The notes: generated from the letters alone by a model not told the origin. 64,000 bases of DNA from an uncultured delta proteobacterium (GCA_963716725.1 CAVQUB010000008.1:359889-423888), one strand, 5' to 3'; counted from the first letter of the stretch, positions 21,101 through 30,852 are shown. Made by a program: numbers and translations.

Positions 21101-21463
21101 ATGCGCATCGGCTTCCCACTGCTGAAAGCAGAGGAACACTCGCCGCTTTCGCCGCACTTCGGCAAGGCGAAGTGGGTTGGTACTTACGACACTGAGACGC
21201 GCGCCATGCGGTTCGTGCGCAACACCGGCCTCACCGGGCGCTTCGTCGCCGACGCCTTCGCCCAAGCCGGCTGCACCCACGCTGTGCTCACCCGCATCGG
21301 CGCGCCGGCGTTGGAGCACCTCGCGGCCTACGGTATCCAAGCATTCTGGGGCGACGCGGACGCTTCTGCACTGACGCTCGCCGAGCGTTTGGAACGCGGT
21401 CAGCTGGAGCGAGCCGAGAGCACCGAGCACGCACCCGAACGCGCGCATCGGCGTCAGCACTAG
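21101..21463 (+). CDS. NifB/NifX-family (FeMo-cofactor-binding fold) protein
   Basis: SPHFGKAK, VL...IG..A...L...GI; AGGAGG RBS upstream. Confidence 0.8.
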   Translation: MRIGFPLLKAEEHSPLSPHFGKAKWVGTYDTETRAMRFVRNTGLTGRFVADAFAQAGCTHAVLTRIGAPALEHLAAYGIQAFWGDADASALTLAERLERGQLERAESTEHAPERAHRRQH

Positions 21464-21691
21464 GGAAGCACTGCCCCGGGATTGGGTGTACGGCGCGTGT
21501 CCTGGGGCAATCACTGAAGCGCCCTGCATTCGCGGAGCACTCGAGTGAGCGCACTGAGCAACTCACCGTCGGGGGTTGCATGGTCGAAGAAGCTCGCCAG
21601 CGGTAAGATCACCGATCTCAACCCGGCCCGCCACGCTGTCCCGCTCTGTCTACCCGAAGGCTGACCGAACATCCTGTCGGGGCAGTACGAC

Positions 21692-22123
21692 TCACCCGCA
21701 TGGCGGATGCCCGGCGCCGGTGCACGAGGCGCTCCGCGGGCAGTCTGACAAAAGCAAAACGATGCGTGCGACCGCGGCCCGCTGCTCGGCGGACGCGACG
21801 TCGAGCGCCGTGTCGACCTGTGCCTCGGTCGCGGGACCGTCGAGCCCCAGCCCGACCACGCGGTTGAGCATCGGCGAGTCCGGGGCCTCGGGTGCGAGCG
21901 GCACGACCGCACCCTCGACCTCGACGACGTCCGAGGACGGGACTACTGCCGGTGCCGCATCAGGGTTCGGACGCGCCTCGTCTGGCTCTTCGCGGCCACT
22001 GGGTGAACCAGGAGGCGGGTTCGCGGGTGCACGGTCCCCCGACTGCACCGCCCCGCCGCAGGCGACGAGCCACATGCCCACCAGACCGAGGGGCAAGCGC
22101 GCGGATAAGCACTCCAAGCGCAT
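21692..22123 (-). CDS. Hypothetical lipoprotein, probably truncated
   Basis: Lipobox LVAC followed by a Pro-rich linker. Confidence 0.4.
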   Translation of the reverse strand: MRLECLSARLPLGLVGMWLVACGGAVQSGDRAPANPPPGSPSGREEPDEARPNPDAAPAVVPSSDVVEVEGAVVPLAPEAPDSPMLNRVVGLGLDGPATEAQVDTALDVASAEQRAAVARIVLLLSDCPRSASCTGAGHPPCG

Positions 22124-22846
22124 CTGACCGAAGCGCGGTCCCCGGCGGCAGTCGACTGAATCCAGCTTATGCGAGTTCGTCGGCACCCAACCCTCCAACC
22201 CTGCGTCAGCTCATTCATAGGTTACACCGCTCCCGTTCAACATCAAGATGTGGGGTCCGCGCGCCACGCCCCGGCTGACGCGTTGCAGGCATCCGCCTGA
22301 CACGGGGCTCGTCGGAAGGGTGGCGGACGAACGCGAACGCGTCGTTTATCACAAACTCTCACTCTACTTGGGTACGGGATTCGAGTTCTGATTCGGTGGG
22401 TTCTGCACTGGCGCCGATCGGGCGTGAGCGCCCGTTGCCACGTGAGGGTGAGCGGGAGCGGGTCGACTCTGCGTACCGGCAAGGTCAACGTGCTCGTGGT
22501 GCGGGGCACCCAGCAGCTCGCCTGCGCGTTCGCCGCGAAAGGCGGTCAGGGCAGCGTCCCCGTGGGCTTGCTCAGGAAGCTCTCCGCGGGCACGGGTGGG
22601 TTCAGCGTGAGCACGGGTGACACGGTGGAAGTGAAGGCCGGCGGACGAGTCATCACCCTCCTCGCCGAGGTGACGGGACCGTCGAGCGCCGCCGCGCTGA
22701 AGTGATTCTGATGCCGCGTGGGCGCGGCCGCACGGCGAACGCAGCGAGCAGCCAACCGGACCATCGTCCGCCAGCGCCTCCCCTGCTTCGTCACCGTCGC
22801 CAGCGCCGTGCGCGGGCTCACGGTCAGCGTCTCGCTCTCGTTCTCC

Positions 22847-22883
22847 TGGTGAAAACCCAACTTCGCCGGCAGAATCGTGATCA
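22847..22883. repeat. 37-bp copy of the 3'-terminal region of the rve-type IS at 52308-52344
   Basis: TGGTGAAAACCCAACTTCGCCGGCAGAATCGTGATCA is identical at both places. Confidence 0.8.
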
Positions 22884-22927
22884 TCCGAGGCGCGTTCTCG
22901 GTCGCGAAGCGTGGCGCCTTCTTCGCC

Positions 22928-23218
22928 ACGCTCGGCGCCGCGATGGTGGTGACGTGTCGCGCGCCGTCAGGTCAATCCCAAGGCATTGCTACACCTCGGG
23001 TCGAGCCCGGGGACGACGGACTGCCGGAAGCGGGCCTCCGAACGCCCGATGGGAGCGTCAGCGACGCGACGAGGGCTCCAGATAGCTCCGAGGAAGTGCC
23101 CATCGAGCGCTTGATCGTGGAGGCAGCGGCCTACTTCGGGCGGCGAGTCACCACCACCGGTTGGGTGGTGTCATGCGACGCAGCCATCGTCTGTAAGATG
23201 ATCAAATGCGGGAGCTGC
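22928..23218 (+). repeat. 291-bp diverged duplicate of 47967-48257 (fragment of an exported Cys-containing protein gene)
   Basis: Both encode TLGAAM.VTCRAPSGQSQG...IERLIVEAAAYFGRRVTTTGWVVSC...CKMIKCGSC. Confidence 0.85.
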
Positions 23219-23284
23219 ACTATGTGCACGGGTCGTGCTGTCTTCGTGCCGCCTGGCACCGTCGGGATGCCGCCCTGCGAAGGC

Positions 23285-23605
23285 AACGAGAGCTCGTGGA
23301 AGAACACGAGCGCGAAAGATTTCTCGCAGCAATCGACGAAGGCATCGGCGACGCAGAAGCGGGAAGAGTCGTCGATTCGGCGGTCGTGCTCGAACGGCTG
23401 CGCGCTCGCCAGCGCTCGACGGCATGAAAGTCGTCTTTTCGAGGCGAGCCGATCGGGATGTCGATCGCGTTGACGCGTGGTGGCGGCAGAACCGCCCCTA
23501 TGCCCCTGAGCTCTTCGAGCACGAGCTCGCCGACGCCGTGAGTCGGCTCGAAACCCCCGGTGTGATGCTGGGGACCGAGAGGCGTGGTCGATGGGGAACG
23601 GTGCT
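23285..23605 (+). pseudogene. TA remnant: antitoxin C-terminus and RelE/ParE N-terminus
   Basis: ERERFLAAIDEGIGDAEAGRVVD stop overlaps MKVVFSRRADRDVDRVDAWWRQNRP (ATG at 23424); fused to unrelated sequence on both sides. Similar to the intact pair at 46898-47433. Confidence 0.7.
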
Positions 23606-23858
23606 AGGACGCGCTGGTGCAGACTGCCGGCCGGTCGCTCGGGCCGACGCGCACTCCGGCAGCGTGCAGCTCGACGGCCCGACGGTCAGTGACCGCGCAC
23701 CGGTGCGGGGCAAGCTCGAGCTCCACCTCGCCGGCGGCAGCCTGAGGGGCAGCTTCGAGGCGACCTACTGCCCCCAGTCGGAGACCGAAGCGCGAGGCTG
23801 CGAGTGAAGGCTCGATCGAGCCAAACGCTCCGGTGCATCGCTCGTCGCAAACCACACC

Positions 23859-24794
23859 TCAGCGACAGGGCGCAGGCGCCCACGTGGCGCCCGTGATCGT
23901 CCCCGTGTGAGCGTTGCCCGAAGTGTCGTTGGCAACGGCGCCCGTTCCTTCGTCGAACTTCCAGAATGCTTGTGTGTCCGCATCCGAGACGAGGTGAAGT
24001 GCCGGTGTGAAGTTCGCGACGTACCGCGCCACCTTCGAGAGACGCATCTCGGAGTAGTAGCCGATGACCGGAGGCGACTGGTAATCCCGTGACACATGGC
24101 CGATCTGCACGGGTCCGGCGGCGTTCGCCACGACGGCAGCGCCGATCACTTCAGAGACCTTTGAACCGTCGATATACCCACGGACGGAGGTCGCGTCGTG
24201 AACGAATGCCACGTGAGTCCACTTCCCCGCGCCGAGAGTCGCCGTGCTGACGACGCCCACCGGAAGGCCGACTGAAGTGTGGAGGTAGATGTTGAGGACG
24301 TTGCCTGCCGCGACCCCGAGGTACTTGTCTTCTTGAGCGAAGGTCCATTTGTTGAACAACGTGCCAGCAGCGGGGACGCCACCGTCGGGCGGAGCGTCCT
24401 CGTAAAGCCAGAGTTCCAGCGTCGCAGCGGACCCGAAGTCGAGGCTGGCAGCGCTCGGGACGGTGATCGTGTGACCCGCCGCCCCAAAGTGCAGAGCGGA
24501 AACGCTACAAGCCGCGTCCGCAGCGTCGGCGACACCGGCATCGGCTTCGACGGCCGCGTCCGTGGCGTCGGGCGCTGCGTCGCTCGCGCCGCTGTCGCCC
24601 GTCACGCTGCCGCCGCTGCCGCCGCTGCCGCCCGTCACGCTGCCGCCGCTGCCGCCGCTGCCGCCCGTCACGCTGCCGCCGCTGCCGCCCGTCACGCTGC
24701 CCTTTCCCCCGGATTTCTCGTCATCCGAACCGCAAGCAACTGCGAGCGCGGCGCAATTGAGCACAGAAATCACGACGGCTATCTTGAAAGTCAT
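23859..24794 (-). CDS. LamG/concanavalin A-like domain lipoprotein
   Basis: Lipobox AVAC, GGSGGSVT tandem repeats, TLELW, WTHVAFV, YIDG, EMRLS..ARY, WKFDEG. Confidence 0.85.
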   Translation of the reverse strand: MTFKIAVVISVLNCAALAVACGSDDEKSGGKGSVTGGSGGSVTGGSGGSGGSVTGGSGGSGGSVTGDSGASDAAPDATDAAVEADAGVADAADAACSVSALHFGAAGHTITVPSAASLDFGSAATLELWLYEDAPPDGGVPAAGTLFNKWTFAQEDKYLGVAAGNVLNIYLHTSVGLPVGVVSTATLGAGKWTHVAFVHDATSVRGYIDGSKVSEVIGAAVVANAAGPVQIGHVSRDYQSPPVIGYYSEMRLSKVARYVANFTPALHLVSDADTQAFWKFDEGTGAVANDTSGNAHTGTITGATWAPAPCR

Positions 24795-24843
24795 CGTTAG
24801 CCCCTCGACTTCGAGCATGCACGAACTCTTGACCGGGCGTGTA

Positions 24844-25119
24844 CTAGATTCGCCCGAACTGACAAAACCCACCGCAGCTCGTGCCGGTGTCCTCGCCGGG
24901 TTCGTAGAACACGCCGTAAGGAAACCTTCGAAGGAGCACACGGCGAACGGGGTCATCGACCAACGTGAAGAGAAGTGGATTCTCTCGGACTTGAATGCAG
25001 GCCCGTTCGAACTCGTCGAGAAAGTCGACCCCAAGACCCTCACGCTCGGACTCATAGAACCGAGCCGCCTCCAGGATGTCCGCCTGTGCTTCAGGCGTAA
25101 TGCGGCGCTCACGTCCCAT
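24844..25119 (-). CDS. RelE/ParE toxin, C-terminally truncated (last cassette)
   Basis: PEAQADILEAARFYE...GLGVDF...RRVLLRRFPYGVFY; lacks the VIAV.H tail. Confidence 0.8.
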   Translation of the reverse strand: MGRERRITPEAQADILEAARFYESEREGLGVDFLDEFERACIQVRENPLLFTLVDDPVRRVLLRRFPYGVFYEPGEDTGTSCGGFCQFGRI

Positions 25120-25361
25120 CAGTGTGAGCGACTGAGCAGTTCTTCGATGTCGGCTCGGGCTTCCGACCAGGGACGAGCAGCCTCTGGGTTGGCGCGATGC
25201 GCCGCAAGGCGCTCGCGGACCCGTGAGCGGTGCGCATCAGAAATCGGCAGGCAATCCTGCTCGGCAACAATCCTGTCCCAGAGCGCGGCTACGTAACGAA
25301 GCTTTTCGTCGGGCGTAAGCTCATCGAAGCCGGGCGGCGGGATCGGAACAGCCTGTGCCAC
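25119..25361 (-). CDS. Addiction module antitoxin component
   Basis: PPPGFDELTPDEKL..V..LWD, ERLAAHRANP....W. Promoter TTGCGA-17-TATGCT lies 6 nt upstream of GTG. Confidence 0.85.
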   Translation of the reverse strand: MAQAVPIPPPGFDELTPDEKLRYVAALWDRIVAEQDCLPISDAHRSRVRERLAAHRANPEAARPWSEARADIEELLSRSH

Positions 25362-25431
25362 GCGAGGAGCATAGCTTCCGCGAACGGCGTTCGCAACGCG
25401 TCGCCCAACGAACGCCGCAGCGGCCTTCGTC

Positions 25432-25595
25432 CGGATACGGATTGGCGTTCACCCGCGAACGCCGTGGCTCATCGTAGCAGACGGCGAGAGGCTGCAGAGC
25501 GGGCGCGTGCCGCAGACTGTGAGGGTGACCGCGCCGCGCGACAGACGGTGAAGTCGGCAAGGCAGGCGTTCGGCGGGTGCAACGGCCAGTTAGAC
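25432..25595 (-). repeat. attC site 1 (R' core degenerate)
   Basis: Family arms GGCGTTCACCCGCGAACGCC ... GGCGTTCGGCGGGTGCAACG-N4-GTTAGAC; left core reads CGGATAC. Confidence 0.8.
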
Positions 25596-25802
25596 GCCGC
25601 CCGCTTTCTTTCGAGCCTCGAGCTGCTGACGAAGTGCGTCGTTCACCGCCTCAGCCGTGGGAAAGAGCCTCGCGAGCTCGGGATCGAGCACGACGACATT
25701 GGTGCCGGCCGCGAACCGGCTCGCGTATTTGCCTCGCACGCCCTTCGAAAAGTCGTACTCAGGCAAGGTGCCTTCGCTCTGGTCATCCGGCTTCGTAGTC
25801 AT
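25590..25802 (-). CDS. BrnA-like antitoxin
   Basis: PEYDFSKGVRGKYA...VVLDPELARLFPTAEAVNDALR; stop codon lies in the attC core. Confidence 0.75.
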   Translation of the reverse strand: MTTKPDDQSEGTLPEYDFSKGVRGKYASRFAAGTNVVVLDPELARLFPTAEAVNDALRQQLEARKKAGGV

Positions 25803-26035
25803 GACGCTCTCGACGAGACGCAAGCCTAGCACTGACTCGAAGAATCGTGCGTCGCGACGGCACCACATCGGGATGGGCGACACGCCGACCGATGCGGGGC
25901 ATGCGCGCCAGAGTCGCGATCGTGTCCCGAAATTCCTCGAAGAAGAGGCTTGGCGCCGAATCCCTGTTCACTCGCCACCAGTCGTCGATCGCCTCGACTT
26001 GACGGTCGGCTTCAGGTGCGAACACGAGGCGCCTG
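25783..26035 (-). pseudogene. Chimeric toxin remnant (RelE/ParE N-terminus fused to BrnT-like C-terminus)
   Basis: LVFAPEADRQVEAIDDWWRVNR...PRIG joined to VSARLASRRERHDYE. Confidence 0.65.
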
Positions 26036-26511
26036 GGGCCTCTTACGCCATGCATGGAACCCGCTGCAAGAGACCTCGAGAACGCGGCACAGCATCGTGA
26101 TTGGGTAGAAGGCCTTCTCGGCGAGGATGAACACGAACTTCATGTGCTCTCCTTCGCGAAGAAGGCCGCCGCTTTTTTCAGGATTTCGCGCTCCATTTGC
26201 AGGCGCTTGTTGTCCCGCCGCAGTTGCGCGAGTTCCGCCCGCTCGTCACTCGTGAGCGCACCTGGCGGTCCGTTGCCGGTGTCGATGTCGGCCCGTTTCA
26301 CCCACTCGCGCAAGGCCGTCTCGGTCAGGTCCAGGTCCCCGGCCACCTGCGTGACGGTCCGATCTCCAACCCTGCAGAGGCGTACTGCCTCGGCCTTGAA
26401 CTCGGGGGTGAATGCTCGTCGCTTCCTACGCTGCTTCTTTCGCTTGTCCATGGATCGCTCCGGGCGCATTGTCGCGCCAGTTGGGGTGTCCACGAAACCG
26501 GGGGAAGATCA
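26035..26511 (-). mobile_element. IS3-family element, left part only (IRL, orfA 26140-26451, start of orfB)
   Basis: End TGATCTTCCCCCGGTTTCGTGGACACC; RRAFTPEFKAEAV...EREILKKAAAFFAKE; orfB MKFVFI...LCRVLEVSCSGFHAW, truncated. Confidence 0.9.
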
Positions 26512-26575
26512 GGCGCAGAACGGACGGTGAAACTCGCCATCACCGGCGTTCGTCGGGTGGAACGTCGAGTTAGAC
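26512..26575 (-). repeat. attC site 2, half site interrupted by IS3
   Basis: Only the arm CCGGCGTTCGTCGGGTGGAACG-N4-GTTAGAC remains, abutting the IS3 end. Confidence 0.8.
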
Positions 26576-26593
26576 AGCCCTCGAGCCACTTGT

Positions 26594-26941
26594 TCACTCC
26601 GCAGCCGCGTCTCCTGCCCCGGCGTCGCAGGGGTTGAGGCTGAGGCTGCTGCTGGTGAGCGTGCAACTCCATGTCCCGGTCGGGCAAGAACACGCGTACT
26701 GCCTGAGCCCCGTCACGTACTGCACTCCGGGTTCGCAAAGAAACTGGACCGAAAGCGAGCAAGCGGCGCCGGTCACGCACCCACCGTCCAACAGTTGGTG
26801 GACGATGGTGCCATCCGCGGGACAGCTTGGGTCGGCTGGGTTTGACGCGGCATCACCACCCTTTGGGGTAGCGGAATTGTTGTCCGCGCAGCCGGACAGA
26901 AGCAGCGCGGGAATCGAGAGGCGGTGGATCAGGAAACGCAT
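26594..26941 (-). CDS. Cys-rich lipoprotein (cassette)
   Basis: Lipobox LSGC; lies between attC sites; GGGGAAG RBS. Confidence 0.75.
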   Translation of the reverse strand: MRFLIHRLSIPALLLSGCADNNSATPKGGDAASNPADPSCPADGTIVHQLLDGGCVTGAACSLSVQFLCEPGVQYVTGLRQYACSCPTGTWSCTLTSSSLSLNPCDAGAGDAAAE

Positions 26942-26961
26942 TGAACTTCCCCGGTGGGTCT

Positions 26962-27126
26962 GCCTAACGAATTGGCGTTCACCCGCGAACGCCGGAGATC
27001 ATCGTAGCAGAGCTCGGGGCGCCACAGAGCGGGCGCAGTGCCGCAAACAGTGAGGGCGCCCGCGACGCGGAACGCACGCGTGGGCTAGCGCGACCGGCGT
27101 TCGGCGGGTGGAACGGCCAGTTATGC
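26962..27126 (-). repeat. attC site 3 (165 bp)
   Basis: GCCTAAC ... GTTATGC with complementary arms and two extrahelical bases. Confidence 0.92.
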
Positions 27127-27444
27127 GGTGCTCGGGGCGGCGCGGTCCAACCAGTAGAGGGGGCGGCGTTTCGCGTGAGCGATGGCGAGCACGAAGACCT
27201 GGTCTTGTCGAACCTCGAACGCGAGCGCAAACGGAAAGCGCTCCAGCAGCGCGCGCCGGATCGGGAGCGGGGAGTCCTCCAGTCTGGTCCAAACGGGAAA
27301 TGCGGCTGGGTCTCGCGTCACGCGATCGAGAGCGAGCATGACCTCCGAGACGAACTCGTCCCCCAGGCCGGGGCGCCGCTCGTCGTACCAAATCGCGGAA
27401 AGGCGGAGCTCGGCACGCGCCTCCGGGTGGAGGTCAACCGCCAC
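27121..27444 (-). CDS. RelE/ParE toxin (cassette)
   Basis: HPEARAEL....WYDERRPGLGDEF...RRALLERFPF...VLAIAHAKRRPLYW; stop codon in the attC core. Confidence 0.9.
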   Translation of the reverse strand: MAVDLHPEARAELRLSAIWYDERRPGLGDEFVSEVMLALDRVTRDPAAFPVWTRLEDSPLPIRRALLERFPFALAFEVRQDQVFVLAIAHAKRRPLYWLDRAAPSTA

Positions 27445-27670
27445 GACGCTGTTTCAGCTCCGCGAGAATCTCGGCGCGTGCCCTCTCCAACGGGACCGGA
27501 ACAACCGTCCCATCCGCAAGCTCGCGTGAACGTCGTTGAAGCTCGCCAGCCCATGCGGCCGCCACATCGTCTTCGGGCTCCTCCAGACTGGAGAGCACTT
27601 CCTCGGCAACGCGCGCGCGCTCACTCCGGGGAAGCCGGAGGACCTGCGCCAGGAGCTCCTCAGTGGACAT
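27434..27670 (-). CDS. Addiction module antitoxin component (cassette)
   Basis: LRLPRSERARVAEEVLSSL...AAW..EL.RR; TGCTATCCT 6 nt upstream of ATG. Confidence 0.88.
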   Translation of the reverse strand: MSTEELLAQVLRLPRSERARVAEEVLSSLEEPEDDVAAAWAGELQRRSRELADGTVVPVPLERARAEILAELKQRRGG

Positions 27671-27797
27671 GCCCGGAGGATAGCACCGTGAAAGCTCCGT
27701 GGAAGTCTCGAAGGCGAAGCATGCGGCGCGCGGTCGGCGACCGGCCAAGCTCGGCGGGCGCGGACATGGCGGTCCAGCAGGGCGTCGTCTCGCAGCC

Positions 27798-27962
27798 GTA
27801 TAACGGGAGGGCGTTCACCCGCGAACGCCGAGCGTCAAGTCGTCGGTCGGCAAGGCGCTACAGACGCGGGCGAGTGCCGCATCAGAATGGTCGCCCGCGG
27901 AAGCGGAACGGACGGTGAAACTCGCCATCACCGGCGTTCGGCGGGTGCAACGTGAGTTATAC
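27798..27962 (-). repeat. attC site 4 (165 bp)
   Basis: GTATAAC ... GTTATAC with family arms. Confidence 0.92.
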
Positions 27963-27991
27963 GGCAGCGTGTCGCCGCGCCGCCCGCGGAG

Positions 27992-29053
27992 TCACGCGCC
28001 GGCGCGTCCCTGCATGCCAGACGTCAGACCGGCGCATTCGATGAACTCGACCTCGCCGGAGTTGTTGCCGACGACGAGCAGGACGGGTGCACGAGTTCCT
28101 GCGTGCACTCGATAGCCGGTTTCCAGGACGGACAAGTCGGAGGTCAGCGCGCAACAACTGACGTCGCGGCGAGCACTGCACTCGGCAATGCCCTCGCCAG
28201 TGGCAGCGGAAGCGATTCGGACCGTGCTGTCAGCACCTACGGACGCGAAATAGGTGCCGGATTCGTCGACCGCGAGCGAGTGGACAGCGTCCTGGTGTGC
28301 GTTGACTTCGAACAACAGATTGGCGCTTCCTCGGTCCCATGCCTTGACGACACCCCTCGCGTCTCCGATCACCATCAGTGACCCCGCGCCCGAGACGCCC
28401 ACGCGAAGGGGCGCATCCAGGTCGCTCTCAATGCTGACGTGTGGGGTGGGCTTGGCGGCGCCCCAGATCTCGAGGGCGCCGGTTTCGGTCAACGCCAAAA
28501 CCGTGAGTTCGTCGAGAAAGAGTGCCGCAGCGAACCGCCGCCGAGAGTCGCGGACTTCGACGGGCGGTAGTACGCCCCCGAGGTCAAGCACGCGCAACAC
28601 GTGTCGGTCGAAACTCTGCAGAATCGCGAACGGCTTCTCCGCAACCGCACAGAGGGTGATGGTCCGCATCACCCGCGGGATTGATGCGACGATTCGCGAC
28701 GCCCCTCCAGTGAGGTCCGAAGCGCGCACCGTGCGATCATCGCTGGCCGAGATGAGCTGGCGCCCACCCGATGCGAACAACACTGAGGTGACCGGCCCAC
28801 CGTGCAGCACGAAGGTCGTGTTGGACTCCGCAGATTCAATCTCCCAGACGGAAAGGGAACCGTCCGCGTGTCCCGTCGCCGCTCGCCGAGACTCCGGATC
28901 GAGCGCGATGCACGACACGGCGCTCGCGCACGTGGATCCATCGGACGGTCCGAGGGAGGGCGCAGGACGCGCGGCGGCCATGACGCGAATTCTACTCCGT
29001 CTTGACGGAGCCTTTTGCGCGGTCGAATGAACGAAGCAATCTCGATCGACCAC
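27992..29053 (-). CDS. WD40-repeat protein (cassette)
   Basis: TGHADGSLSVWE, HGGPVTSV, SASDDRTVR, GVVKAWD, AHQDAVHSLA; start uncertain. Confidence 0.8.
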   Translation of the reverse strand: MVDRDCFVHSTAQKAPSRRSRIRVMAAARPAPSLGPSDGSTCASAVSCIALDPESRRAATGHADGSLSVWEIESAESNTTFVLHGGPVTSVLFASGGRQLISASDDRTVRASDLTGGASRIVASIPRVMRTITLCAVAEKPFAILQSFDRHVLRVLDLGGVLPPVEVRDSRRRFAAALFLDELTVLALTETGALEIWGAAKPTPHVSIESDLDAPLRVGVSGAGSLMVIGDARGVVKAWDRGSANLLFEVNAHQDAVHSLAVDESGTYFASVGADSTVRIASAATGEGIAECSARRDVSCCALTSDLSVLETGYRVHAGTRAPVLLVVGNNSGEVEFIECAGLTSGMQGRAGA

Positions 29054-29073
29054 CGTGGGTCACGAGGTTGGCC

Positions 29074-29238
29074 GGATAACGATCCGGCGTTCACCCGCGA
29101 ACGCCGGAGTTCATCGTAGCAGTTGGCAAGGCGCCGCACACGCGGGCGAGTGCCGCATCAGAGTGGTCGCCCGCGGGCGCGGAACGAACCTTCACGCCTG
29201 GAAGACCGGCGGTCGTCGGGTGCAACGACCGGTTATAC
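29074..29238 (-). repeat. attC site 5 (165 bp)
   Basis: GGATAAC ... GTTATAC with family arms. Confidence 0.92.
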
Positions 29239-29255
29239 AGGTCCTTGGACCATCG

Positions 29256-29558
29256 GTGATTCTGGGCACTGAGAGTGCTGTCGTCGCAGCCGAGCGAGAC
29301 GCTGTGATCTCGGAGCTCGCCAGCAGCCCGCCCGGCCTCTGCTCGCCCTTCGTCGGAGGACGGTTCGGCGGGAACGACCTCGAACGTCTTGCCCGCAGCG
29401 CCGCCCTCGTCGCAACTGACATCGCCTCGCGCGCAACGACGGTGCTGGCACGCACGACGCGACCGGACGCGAGAGTGCCCTTCCGCTTCACCCGCGCGCG
29501 AGGCGATGCGTGTTCTCTCGGCGCTGCCCCACCCGATGGAACTCGCCGAGCTGTATAA
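29256..29558 (+). CDS. Small unknown protein, antisense to the array (cassette, copy A)
   Basis: GTG ATT CTG GGC... MILGTESAVVAAERDAVISEL; differences from paralogues are enriched in synonymous changes in this frame. Confidence 0.55.
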   Translation: MILGTESAVVAAERDAVISELASSPPGLCSPFVGGRFGGNDLERLARSAALVATDIASRATTVLARTTRPDARVPFRFTRARGDACSLGAAPPDGTRRAV

Positions 29559-29717
29559 CGATCCGGCGTTCACCCGCGAACGCCGGAGTTCATCGTAGCA
29601 GTTGGCAAGGCGCCGCACACGCGGGCGAGTGCCGCATCAGAGTGGTCGCCCGCGGGCGCGGAACGAACCTTCACGCCTGGAAGACCGGCGGTCGTCGGGT
29701 GCAACGACCGGTTATAC
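29553..29717 (-). repeat. attC site 6 (165 bp, identical to site 5 apart from the core)
   Basis: GTATAAC ... GTTATAC. Confidence 0.92.
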
Positions 29718-29734
29718 AGGTCCTTGGACCATCG

Positions 29735-30028
29735 GTGATTCTGGGCACTGAGAGTGCTGTCGTCGCAGCCGAGCGAGACGCTGTGATCTCGGAGCTCGCC
29801 AGCAGCCCGCCCGGCCTCTGCTCGCCCTTCGTCGGAGGACGGTTCGGCGGGAACGACCTCGAACGGCTCGCACGCAGCGCCGACTTCGTCGCAACCAGCA
29901 TCGCCTCGCGCGCAACGACGGTGCTGGCACGCACGACGCGACCGGACGCGAGAGTGACCTTCCGCTCTACCCGCGCGCGAGGCGATGCGTGTTCTCTCGG
30001 CGCTGCCCCACCCGACGGATCCCGCTGA
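29735..30028 (+). CDS. Small unknown protein, antisense to the array (cassette, copy B)
   Basis: Paralogue of 29256-29558 with synonymous differences. Confidence 0.55.
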   Translation: MILGTESAVVAAERDAVISELASSPPGLCSPFVGGRFGGNDLERLARSADFVATSIASRATTVLARTTRPDARVTFRSTRARGDACSLGAAPPDGSR

Positions 30029-30031
30029 GCC

Positions 30032-30198
30032 GCATAACGAATTGGCGTTCACCCGCGAACGCCGAGCGTCATCCTAGCAGAGCACGGTGGGCCGCAGCGG
30101 CGGGCGAGTGCCGAAGACAGTGTGGTCGCCCGCCGGCGCGGAACGGAGGGTGAAACTCGCCAAGACCGGCGTTCGGCGGGTGCAACGTCCAGTTATGC
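30032..30198 (-). repeat. attC site 7 (167 bp)
   Basis: GCATAAC ... GTTATGC with family arms. Confidence 0.92.
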
Positions 30199-30591
30199 AG
30201 GGGCGGCAGGATCGTGACGGGTGTGCGCGCGAACCCAAGCCTCAAGCTGGTCCCTGGACGCGGTGCCATCGGCAACGGTGAGGATGATCTGCTCGTGATC
30301 ATCGACGTCGGCGTCAAGTGACACGCCGTTGAGCGCGAGGAAGAGCTCCATGGCGGCGTGGCCAATTCGCTTGTTCCCGTCGACAAAGCCGTGGCCGCGG
30401 ACGAGCCCAAAGCAAAGCGTGGCTGCCTTTGCGATGAGATCAGGATACAGGTCGGCACCGTCAAAGGTGGCCCGCGGTTGGGCGACGGCGGTTTCCACCT
30501 GGCCGAGGTCACGGATACCCGAGGTTCCGCCGGAAGTCTGGATCAGGCGATCGTGGAGCCAGATCACCTCGGTCAGCGAGAGGTGCCTCAT
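30193..30591 (-). CDS. doc: Death-on-curing (Doc/Fic) toxin (cassette)
   Basis: GIRDLG..E.AV.QP, LYPD...KAA, HGFVDGNKRIG. Confidence 0.92.
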   Translation of the reverse strand: MRHLSLTEVIWLHDRLIQTSGGTSGIRDLGQVETAVAQPRATFDGADLYPDLIAKAATLCFGLVRGHGFVDGNKRIGHAAMELFLALNGVSLDADVDDHEQIILTVADGTASRDQLEAWVRAHTRHDPAAPA

Positions 30592-30782
30592 CCCAGGCGT
30601 CGATAGAGCTCAGCGTTCTTAAGCAGCAACTGCTCGGCGTGGGAACGGAACTCATCGGATGGAGGAGCGAGCGCCTCTGCGACCGCGGCGAGCGCAAGCT
30701 CCTCTGGCGAAACACCGAGGGTCTTGGCCCGCGCGAGCAACGCTTCGGACTGCGCTTCCGAGAGGTCGATGGCGAGCTTCAC
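30588..30782 (-). CDS. Antitoxin partner of Doc
   Basis: 64 aa, ends KNAELYRRLG, ATGA overlap with doc; TGGTAGACT upstream. Confidence 0.85.
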   Translation of the reverse strand: MKLAIDLSEAQSEALLARAKTLGVSPEELALAAVAEALAPPSDEFRSHAEQLLLKNAELYRRLG

Positions 30783-30852
30783 GGACTGGAGTCTACCAAG
30801 ATCCTGGCGGTAGTCACGAGGCTCGGTGCAGCGGAGGATCGTGTTCCCCTCT

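Noticed and set aside
21101..21463. Nitrogen fixation locus
   Set aside because: Lone NifB/NifX-fold gene with no nif structural genes; this family is widespread outside diazotrophs.
24585..24700. Short tandem repeats (also 50398-50480)
   Set aside because: They encode Gly/Ser linkers of lipoproteins; ordinary low-complexity coding sequence.
29091..30052. Minus-strand ORFs starting MRRLANCYDEL or MNANSL as cassette genes
   Set aside because: They start and end inside attC sites, and the substitution pattern favours the plus frame.
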